Assembly (NCBI GenBank): GCA_037443265.1 | Contig: JBBIOR010000005.1 | Location: forward strand, 1 to 18,374 | Origin: Candidatus Fraserbacteria bacterium | GTDB taxonomy: Bacteria; Bipolaricaulota; Bipolaricaulia; RBG-16-55-9 | DNA: 18,374 nt | Reading direction: 5' to 3' | Shown here: one piece after another, positions 1 through 7,213 of the stretch | How positions within the stretch are numbered: the first letter of the stretch is position 1 | How the letters are laid out: the number at the start of each line of letters is the position of its first letter | Made by a program: the position numbers and the translations under genes | The notes under the pieces: generated by a model | Seen by the model: the letters and a program-made list of their open reading frames with translations, nothing else | Told to the model about the DNA's origin: nothing | Database searches by the model: none

Positions 1-627
1 TGGCTCTCTCCTTGGGAGTTGGCCCGACTCAAAGATCTCCCTTCGAAGCGGCGCAGGCGCGATTGGCTCGCCGCTAGAATCGCCGCCAAAACCCTTATCT
101 TGAAATTCCTGCACCAGCAAAAGAATCTTGAGCTCAACCCCACAGAGATCGAGATTGCCCAAGCTCAAGACGGCAGCCCCGCCGTGCAAGTTAGAGGACA
201 AACGCTTCCTGAGCTGTCAATCTCGATCGCCCACAGCCACGGCCACGGACTCGCCGGCCTCTCGATCATTCGCCAAGAAGGCCACATCGGCGTGGATCTC
301 GAGCGCCTCCGCCCCACCCATCCCCGACTGGCCCAGCGCCTTCTCACTGCCACAGAACGTCAAGCCCTCCGCAGGCGCTTCTTGGGACAAGAAAAAGAAG
401 CACTCATTCTCTACTGGACGCTCAAAGAGGCCGCCCAAAAGGCCCTACGGCTCGCCCGCCCCCTAAGCCAATTGGAAGTAAGAATCACAAGCGATGGGCA
501 GGCCCACATCATAGCTTTAGGTGCGAAAGCTCCCCTTAGGGCTTGCTATCAGAGAAGCGCAGAGTTCTTCATCGCCTGGGCCCTCTCATCAGCGGAGCAC
601 GACGATCTTCTTGGGAGGGCTCTTTAG
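1..627 (+). CDS. Sfp-type 4'-phosphopantetheinyl transferase, probably 5'-truncated by the window
   Basis: Motifs SISIAHS, GVDLE and WTLKEAAQKA. The frame is open from base 1 (WLSPWELARL...RRDWLAAR), which resembles the Sfp N-terminal helix, so TTG at 19 is probably not the true start. Confidence 0.85.
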   Translation, partial: WLSPWELARLKDLPSKRRRRDWLAARIAAKTLILKFLHQQKNLELNPTEIEIAQAQDGSPAVQVRGQTLPELSISIAHSHGHGLAGLSIIRQEGHIGVDLERLRPTHPRLAQRLLTATERQALRRRFLGQEKEALILYWTLKEAAQKALRLARPLSQLEVRITSDGQAHIIALGAKAPLRACYQRSAEFFIAWALSSAEHDDLLGRAL

Positions 628-3333
628 GAGGCGCCCATCCGGCCCCCGGGCCGTAATCACATAGAGATAGAGGCCAGTGGCTGCCGGCCGCCCGCGACTC
701 GTGCTCAGATTCCATTGGAAAGAGGACCCGGGAACCTCGCCGCTGTCGAAGATCTTTTCGCCCTGCAAGTCGTAGATTTGAACGCGCAGACCCTCCAGCC
801 TCGCCGGAGCGCGAAAGACGATCGCCCTGCTGAGCCTTTCGGCTGCCACCTGCAACTTAACAGCCCGTGCTTCTTGAATAACTGTCGAGGAACTCAATTG
901 ACTCAAAGGCTCGATCGCGAAGAAGACGTCCGGGTCGGGGCGCACAAAGCCCAGCTGTCGGCAGTCGAAGGCCTCGCCAGCCCCGCTGTGAGCCACGCGA
1001 GCAGAACTGCTGCCCCCGAGGGCGTAGAGCACACCTCCCACATTGACCGCCAAGACACCAGACCGCTCGAACTTCGGCGCGGCCACCGGCTCCCACTTGC
1101 CTGTGATCGTGTCGTAGAGCCACGCGTTACGCCGAAGCTGAGCGAAGGAGCGGTTTATCCCATCGATGACGATGATCTTCTCACCGCAGACTCCGGCCAA
1201 AGCGGCCAAGCGCGCTCCGGGCAGCCAGCTCTGCCAACTCCAGCTGTCACTCTTAGGATCATAGACGAAGACCGAGTCGAGAACCTCTCCGGTCTGAGCG
1301 TTGAATCCGCCGATGACGTAGATCTTTCCTCCGACAACAGCCGTCGCAAAGGCCGCCCGCGGCTCCGGCAGAGGCGCAGCCCTCACCCAGCGCCCCGTCC
1401 TAAGATCATAGACCTCGACCACATCCAGAGATTGCCCGCACAGGAGCGAGACGCAGTTCTGGCCCCCAATGGCATAGATTCTGCTCCCGACTACAGCTGC
1501 GCCCAAGGCCATTCGTGGAGTAGGCATCGGCGGAAGGATCTGCCAGCGATTGGCTAAAATATCATAGCGCTCGAAGGCCCCGGTCACCCCGCCGTATTTT
1601 GAGGACTGCCCGCCCAGCACATAGACGGAGAGGCCATGCCCTACGGCTGCCGCGGCGGATCTGGGCGTGGGCATGGGCGCAAGCTCCACCCACTCTCCCG
1701 TCTGCGTGTGGAATGCCTCGTTTAAATCAGAATCTCCTGCCTCGCGGAAGCCCAATTTTGTTCCGCCGATCGCAAATATCACTCGGCCCGCAGCGGCATT
1801 GGCCGTGGCTTCCCTAGGGGTGGGCATGTCTGGAAGGGTCTTCCACGTCAGCCCCTGCGCGCGATTATCCCCCCAGACCAGATAGAAATTTTCCGCATCG
1901 GCCACGATGTCGTTGTAATCCCCCATGTAGCAGGGGCGGATGTGATCGAAGTTGGGTCCCAGAGGCGGCACCTCCGATGAGACGGTCGTGATACGTTTGT
2001 TGGGCAGCCAAGTCCGTCCGCCGTCTCGTGAGACGGCCATATAGACGTCGAATTTGAGATTAGCGCGATCCAGACGGCGATCATACCAGATGACGGCCAG
2101 CGTCCCATCGGGAGAGATAGCCATCGCCGGCATGAACTGGTCTTGAGAGGTGCGATCGTCGTTTACGCGGACGGGCTCGCTCCAGGTGCGTCCGCCGTCC
2201 GTCGAGCGCACAAAATAGATGTCAGATTGATCGACGCCCGGCGGGTTGCTGTTGTACGCCACATACACCTCCCCGTTTATGGGATTTACGGCCAGAGTGG
2301 GAAACTCAAAACCCGCGTCTATGTAGCCGTTGAGGATTCTACGGCTCTGACAAGTGGCTGGAGGAGCATCCTGGCCGATGAACTCCACCTTGGCCACCAG
2401 AGTGTTGTCCACCCCATCGGCCCCAAAGCTCCGGCCCCCGTCGGTGGACTTGGAGATGACGATCCCGGGAAGATTGAAGTCGCGCCAGGCGACGTAGACT
2501 TCGCCGCCCTTGCCCACACGCGGGATCGAGCCCTGCACGAAATGGCCAGGCAGAGAGAGTGCGATCGCCGGCTCAAAACTGCGCCCCCCATTGATAGAGC
2601 GGGCGAAGTAGATGCGGGAGCCCTGAGGCGAAAAGAGCGTCCAGCTCACGTAGATGTTCCCATCGAAGCGGCTGCCCGTGTTGTCCGCCACGATGAACTC
2701 CTTGTCTTGGAAGCTCTCGGGGCCCTCGACGCTCCAGCTGGCGCGGACGGGCATCGAGAAATTCCGGCCGCCGTCGGTCGATTTCGAGACCCCGATGCAG
2801 CTGATCCCTCGATGGTCGGAGCAGAGCTGCGCAAAATAGAAATTCCCCCCTCTATCGACGGCCAGATCTGGATCTCCGAAGTTCCAGCCACCCGGCAGAG
2901 TGGGAGGAGCCCCCATATCTGTGAAAGTCCTCCCACCGTCACTAGAGTACCCGTAGCCGGTATAGCTTCTCTTCTGGAAGACCTGACCGCTGTCGTTCCA
3001 GCCGACCACGATATTTTCCCCAAAGACGGCAATGGCCGTCTCGCTCTGGGTGCTGAGCGACGGGTTCTCATCTTGAGCGCGATCGTTCACCCGCACGTTG
3101 AAGCCCCAAACGCTTTCGATTTCCTCTGAGTCTTCCTCCTGGCCTGGCCCCAAGGCCCGCTCCCCATACTTCCAAAGCAAATAGTTTTCCGCGGCGCTGG
3201 AAAGATACTGCCGCAGCGGCGAATGGAGTAGCCACTGGTAATGATCCCCCCCAGATTGAGCTTCCCCGTAACCCGCAAAACCCAGCATGAAAAGCCCTAC
3301 ACTCAAAGCCAGAGTACGGATGAATCTCCCCAT
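589..3333 (-). CDS. Secreted protein: signal peptide, Asp-box/BNR (sialidase-like) propeller, six Kelch repeats, C-terminal FlgD-Ig/T9SS-CTD-like domain
   Basis: ATG at 3333 follows GAGGAGGAG; hydrophobic leader MGRFIRTLALSVGLFMLGFAG; six S-x-D/N-GGR-x-F/W boxes; Kelch repeats (IYAIGG, W...MPTPR); C-terminus VQIYDLQG...GLYLYVI...KIVVLR. Confidence 0.85.
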   Translation of the reverse strand: MGRFIRTLALSVGLFMLGFAGYGEAQSGGDHYQWLLHSPLRQYLSSAAENYLLWKYGERALGPGQEEDSEEIESVWGFNVRVNDRAQDENPSLSTQSETAIAVFGENIVVGWNDSGQVFQKRSYTGYGYSSDGGRTFTDMGAPPTLPGGWNFGDPDLAVDRGGNFYFAQLCSDHRGISCIGVSKSTDGGRNFSMPVRASWSVEGPESFQDKEFIVADNTGSRFDGNIYVSWTLFSPQGSRIYFARSINGGRSFEPAIALSLPGHFVQGSIPRVGKGGEVYVAWRDFNLPGIVISKSTDGGRSFGADGVDNTLVAKVEFIGQDAPPATCQSRRILNGYIDAGFEFPTLAVNPINGEVYVAYNSNPPGVDQSDIYFVRSTDGGRTWSEPVRVNDDRTSQDQFMPAMAISPDGTLAVIWYDRRLDRANLKFDVYMAVSRDGGRTWLPNKRITTVSSEVPPLGPNFDHIRPCYMGDYNDIVADAENFYLVWGDNRAQGLTWKTLPDMPTPREATANAAAGRVIFAIGGTKLGFREAGDSDLNEAFHTQTGEWVELAPMPTPRSAAAAVGHGLSVYVLGGQSSKYGGVTGAFERYDILANRWQILPPMPTPRMALGAAVVGSRIYAIGGQNCVSLLCGQSLDVVEVYDLRTGRWVRAAPLPEPRAAFATAVVGGKIYVIGGFNAQTGEVLDSVFVYDPKSDSWSWQSWLPGARLAALAGVCGEKIIVIDGINRSFAQLRRNAWLYDTITGKWEPVAAPKFERSGVLAVNVGGVLYALGGSSSARVAHSGAGEAFDCRQLGFVRPDPDVFFAIEPLSQLSSSTVIQEARAVKLQVAAERLSRAIVFRAPARLEGLRVQIYDLQGEKIFDSGEVPGSSFQWNLSTSRGRPAATGLYLYVITARGPDGRLLKSPPKKIVVLR

Positions 3334-3353
3334 CTTCTCCTCCTCATGCAAGA

Positions 3354-3378
3354 TGTGCTAGCGGGAGATTCTAGCACA
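3354..3378 (-). promoter_or_regulatory. Extended -10 (TGnTAGAAT) overlapped by a perfect 8-bp inverted repeat
   Basis: TGTGCTAG-N9-CTAGCACA; minus-strand TAGAAT at 3373-3368 preceded by TGC. Confidence 0.45.
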
Positions 3379-3400
3379 CGGGCTCTGAGCAGGGGAAATT

Positions 3401-3736
3401 TTAGGCTACAGGGCTGAGATGCTTCTCCAGTATTTTGATGAGCTGAGCCTTCGGGAGATAGCCGATGATTCGCTCGATCTCCTTCCCCTCGCGAAAGAGT
3501 ATGAGGGTTGGAATGCTTTGGACGCCGTAATTCAGGCTGAGTTTGTCGTTCTCATCGACGTTGAGCTTGGCAACTTTCATACGCCCTTCGAGGTCGCGGG
3601 CCACTTCCTCAATGATGGGTGCAAGGGCCCGACAGGGGCCGCACCAATCCGCATAGAAATCCACTAAGACTGGCTCCTGGGCTTGGAGCACTTCGGCCTC
3701 GAAGTTCACCTCTCCGACGTGAATAGGCTTAGCCAC
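3401..3736 (-). CDS. trxA: Thioredoxin
   Basis: VLVDFYADWCGPC active site, VQSIPTL cis-Pro motif, GTG start with AGGAGG RBS, 111 aa. Confidence 0.97.
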   Translation of the reverse strand: MAKPIHVGEVNFEAEVLQAQEPVLVDFYADWCGPCRALAPIIEEVARDLEGRMKVAKLNVDENDKLSLNYGVQSIPTLILFREGKEIERIIGYLPKAQLIKILEKHLSPVA

Positions 3737-3847
3737 TCGTATCCCTCCTGCTTGTAAAGATCAGATTGAATGTACTGCAATTATCGCTACATCGCCAGCA
3801 GAATCCTGCTGACTGCGAATGCGAAGAGGTAGTTTAGCCAGGCACGA

Positions 3848-3879
3848 GGGATCCGTCTGTAAGCCTACTTACAGATCCC
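3848..3879 (-). terminator. Stem-loop immediately after the sufS stop (weak terminator or mRNA-stabilising hairpin)
   Basis: TCTGTAAG-CCTA-CTTACAGA (3856-3875), extendable by GGGATC/GATCCC; no U-tract. Confidence 0.4.
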
Positions 3880-3880
3880 A

Positions 3881-5152
3881 CTAGACTTTGAAGATCCGCT
3901 TCGCTCTCTGAATCTCTTCAGTTAAGCGATCGATCTCGCCTTCCGTGTTGTAAATATAAAAGCTGGCACGCGCCGTGTTGTCCATGCCCAAGCGCCTCAT
4001 AAGCGGCTGCGCGCAATGATGCCCGGACCGGACGGCAATCCCCTCCCCATCGAGAAGGCCCGCCAGATCATGAGGATGGACGCCTTCGACGTTGAACGCG
4101 ATCACTGCCACTCGATCTTCAGGATCATGCGGCCCGTAGACCACGACACCCTTAAGAGACAAGAGCCTTTCGAGGGCGTATTCGAGCAGCCTCCGCTCGT
4201 GTCGATAGATCGCGTCCATACCCAAAGCATTCAGATAATCCACGGCGGCACCCAGCCCAATGCCATCGGCTACGCTGGGCGTCCCCGCCTCGAACTTCCA
4301 AGGCAGCTCATTCCACGTAGCTCCTTCAACGGTGACAGTCGAGATCATATCCCCGCCGCGCAAGAACGGCTCCATCTGTTCCAAGACTTCGCGTTTAGCG
4401 TATAAAAAACCCGTGCCCGTGGGCCCCAGCATCTTGTGGCCCGAGGCTGCCAGAAAATCACAGTCTAGCTCCTGAACATCAATGGGCAGATGCGGAATCG
4501 ACTGGGCCGCATCGATGAGCGTGAGCGCACCCACCCGCTTGGCATCCGCTACGATCTCATGAAGGGGATTGATCGTCCCCAGCACGTTCGAGGCGTGAAT
4601 CATCCCCACGAGCTTCGTCCTGGCTGTGAGAGCCTTTCGGAATTGATCCAGCTTCAAGCGCCCACAGTCGTCCACATCGATGAATTTGAGCACGATTCCC
4701 TTGTGATCGCGCAGCATGAACCAGGGGACGATATCGGAATGGTGCTCCATGATCGTGACCACGATCTCATCGCCAGCCTTGAGATTCCAGAGCGCCCAGC
4801 CATAGGCCACGAGATTGATCGCTTCGGTGGCGTTGCGGGTGAAGATGATCTCGCGCCAGCTGCGGGCGTTTATGAAGCGGGCCACCTTCTTGTGGGCCTC
4901 TTCATAAGCGACGGAAGCCTCGTGGCTGAGCGTGTGCACCGCGCGATGCACGTTTGCATTCATCCGTTCGTAGAAACTCTGGACAGCCTCAATCACCGGG
5001 CGGGGCCGTTGGGTGGTCGCCGCGTTGTCCAGATAAATCAAGGGCTTTCCGTGGATGGGCCGCTGAAAGATCGGAAAATCTTCTCGAACCTTGAGGGGAT
5101 CGAGCGCCTTCTTCGCGACAGAGATCGGCTTCGCTTGAGCCATCCGGTTCAT
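3881..5152 (-). CDS. sufS: Cysteine desulfurase SufS (group II)
   Basis: YLDNAATT, SGHKMLGPTG (PLP lysine), RSGHHCAQP (catalytic Cys). The start may instead be the ATG at 5143. Confidence 0.97.
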   Translation of the reverse strand: MNRMAQAKPISVAKKALDPLKVREDFPIFQRPIHGKPLIYLDNAATTQRPRPVIEAVQSFYERMNANVHRAVHTLSHEASVAYEEAHKKVARFINARSWREIIFTRNATEAINLVAYGWALWNLKAGDEIVVTIMEHHSDIVPWFMLRDHKGIVLKFIDVDDCGRLKLDQFRKALTARTKLVGMIHASNVLGTINPLHEIVADAKRVGALTLIDAAQSIPHLPIDVQELDCDFLAASGHKMLGPTGTGFLYAKREVLEQMEPFLRGGDMISTVTVEGATWNELPWKFEAGTPSVADGIGLGAAVDYLNALGMDAIYRHERRLLEYALERLLSLKGVVVYGPHDPEDRVAVIAFNVEGVHPHDLAGLLDGEGIAVRSGHHCAQPLMRRLGMDNTARASFYIYNTEGEIDRLTEEIQRAKRIFKV

Positions 5153-5158
5153 CCCCCT

Positions 5159-5479
5159 TCAGTACTCAAAGAGGACCTGCACCTCCCCTCCGTCGACTCG
5201 GACTTCGTACGTGGAGACGGGCGCAAAGGCAGGCATTCTTAACACCGCACCCGTGGTGATGTCAAACTGCGCCCCGTGGCGGGGACACGTGATCACCCTC
5301 CCTTCGACGGTCCCCCCGGTCAAGATCCCGCCGTCATGAGTGCAGACGTTCTGAATCGCGTAAAATTTCCCGTTAAAATTGAAGACGGCAATAAGCTCGC
5401 CCTCGACTTCGACCGACTTGTATTGGCCCGGCTTGAGTTCATCGGCTCTTGCGACGGTGATCCACTGGCGTCGGCCCAT
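5159..5479 (-). CDS. Rieske [2Fe-2S] ferredoxin
   Basis: CTH...CPRHG Rieske ligands; 106 aa; lies inside the suf operon. Confidence 0.93.
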   Translation of the reverse strand: MGRRQWITVARADELKPGQYKSVEVEGELIAVFNFNGKFYAIQNVCTHDGGILTGGTVEGRVITCPRHGAQFDITTGAVLRMPAFAPVSTYEVRVDGGEVQVLFEY

Positions 5480-5878
5480 CTAAGAATCCTCCTCGTCTTC
5501 TTCCGGCCAGGCCGTAAGCCCATAGGCTCCAACTTTGACGACCTTGAGCGCGAGAAGCGCGCACTTCCTCCGGATGGGACTCACTTCGATGCCCAGAAGC
5601 TGGAGCATCTCCTCCCGGGTGAAATTCCGCGCGTACTCCAGGGGCTTGCCCTTGAGCTCTTCGGTGAGCAGGGAGGCCGCCGCCTGGCTGATCGCACACC
5701 CCTTACCGCTGAAACGGATCTCTGCGATGACGTCGCCCCGCAGCTTGATCTCGATACGGATCTGATCCCCACAAGACGGATTGCCTTCCTCGTGCACGAT
5801 GTCTGGGTGTTCTAGATGCCCGAAGTTGCGCGGGTCTTTATAGTGATCGAGCAGCACCTCCAGGCCGAGCTCATTCAT
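5480..5878 (-). CDS. sufU: SufU/IscU-family U-type protein
   Basis: DHYKDPRNFG, NPSCGD, GCAISQAAAS, RRKCA (three Cys plus Asp). Confidence 0.92.
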   Translation of the reverse strand: MNELGLEVLLDHYKDPRNFGHLEHPDIVHEEGNPSCGDQIRIEIKLRGDVIAEIRFSGKGCAISQAAASLLTEELKGKPLEYARNFTREEMLQLLGIEVSPIRRKCALLALKVVKVGAYGLTAWPEEDEEDS

Positions 5879-5896
5879 GGGAAAACCCTCGGCTCA

Positions 5897-7192
5897 TTAT
5901 ACTCGAGACTGCCACTTCCGGTCGATGAGACTTCGAAGGCGCTCCCCTACCGAGGGCGGGATCTTAGCGATGATGGGCTCGAAGAAACCATCGACGATCA
6001 TCTTCTTGGCTTCCTCGGTGGTGAGCCCTCGACTCCTCAGATAGAAGATTTGCTCCTCATCGATCTGGCTGACGGAAGCCGCGTGGGTGCAGCGCACATC
6101 GTTGGCCTCAATCTCTAGGCTGGGGATGGCATTGGAGCGTGCCCCATCTTCTAGAATTAAAGAGCGCTCGCTCTGGAAGGCGTTGGCGTGCTGCGCGCCC
6201 GGCTCAATGCGAATCAGGCCCCAGAAGACCGACTGCGACTTTCCCAAAAGCACGCCTTTCACGTTCACTTCGCCCCGGGTGTGGGGCTTCTGGTGCCGCA
6301 GATTCGACGTAAGATCGAAATGCTGCCGGCCGCCGGTGAAGAAGACTTGCACGTCTTCCAGCTCGGCTCCCGGACCATCGAGCACGCTCTCCACATGGGA
6401 CATCGTGAGTCGTCCGCCTAGCCAGCCGAGCGTCCAGCGCAGCTTCGCGTCTTGCTCGAGCCGTCCGCGACGCCGAATGAAACTGAAGGTTTGAGGGCTT
6501 AAGTTCTGCACGCCCGCGAAGTCCACCTGAGCGCCCTGCCCCACATGGACGGACGTATGGTTCGTATGCAGCGCCTCGCACTCCCCCTGGGGCGAGTAGA
6601 GTTCCTCCAGATAGGTCACGGAGCTTTCACGCTCAGCAATTATAAAGCTCTGCGAGAATAGACCCGCCCCCGCACGGGTGAAGAGCTGAATTGATTTGAG
6701 GGGCTGCTCAATCACCACGCCCTTGGGCACATACAGCAGAAGCCCCGTGCTAAAGAGCGCACGCTGAAGTGCGCTCATCTTGTCTTGCAGAGGCTCCAAC
6801 TGCTCAAAGTAGCGACGCAAAAGATCTCCGTGTTCTTGCAGGGCCGTCGTCATGTCCAGGAAGCGCACGCCCTTCTTCTTCAGGTCCTCAGGGAGAGAAG
6901 CCTGCACCGTCTGCCCGTCGATCTGGAGGAAGAGCCCAGCGCCCTCGCCGTGTTCTTCTAGGAGTTCTTTGGACCCTTTGGGAATCGCAGGGGGGGTTGC
7001 CCCGTCGGCGAGGGGCGCGATCGCGCCCAGCGCCAGCCCGCGAATTTGCGTGTAGCGCGAGCCGGGCATGGCCAGTCTTTCAAATGCCCTCCACGCTTGA
7101 AGGCGAAGCTCCCTCAGCCACTCCGGCTCGCGGCGGGCTTGAGAGAGCGCCTCTACAGCTGCGATGGATAAGGCCGTCTGAGTTCCGTTCAT
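5897..7192 (-). CDS. sufD: Fe-S cluster assembly protein SufD
   Basis: PSLEIEANDVRCTHAASV and FYLRSRGL; AGGAGG RBS; directly downstream of sufB. Confidence 0.95.
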   Translation of the reverse strand: MNGTQTALSIAAVEALSQARREPEWLRELRLQAWRAFERLAMPGSRYTQIRGLALGAIAPLADGATPPAIPKGSKELLEEHGEGAGLFLQIDGQTVQASLPEDLKKKGVRFLDMTTALQEHGDLLRRYFEQLEPLQDKMSALQRALFSTGLLLYVPKGVVIEQPLKSIQLFTRAGAGLFSQSFIIAERESSVTYLEELYSPQGECEALHTNHTSVHVGQGAQVDFAGVQNLSPQTFSFIRRRGRLEQDAKLRWTLGWLGGRLTMSHVESVLDGPGAELEDVQVFFTGGRQHFDLTSNLRHQKPHTRGEVNVKGVLLGKSQSVFWGLIRIEPGAQHANAFQSERSLILEDGARSNAIPSLEIEANDVRCTHAASVSQIDEEQIFYLRSRGLTTEEAKKMIVDGFFEPIIAKIPPSVGERLRSLIDRKWQSRV

Positions 7193-7213
7193 GGGCTCCT
7201 CCTGGGCGAACTC

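Noticed and set aside
715..3129. Long plus-strand ORFs 715..1557 and 2143..3129
   Set aside because: Antisense shadows of the GC-rich propeller gene; no recognisable motifs.
3354..3378. CIRCE element
   Set aside because: Half-sites are in the reverse arrangement relative to TTAGCACTC-N9-GAGTGCTAA, and there is no chaperone gene downstream.
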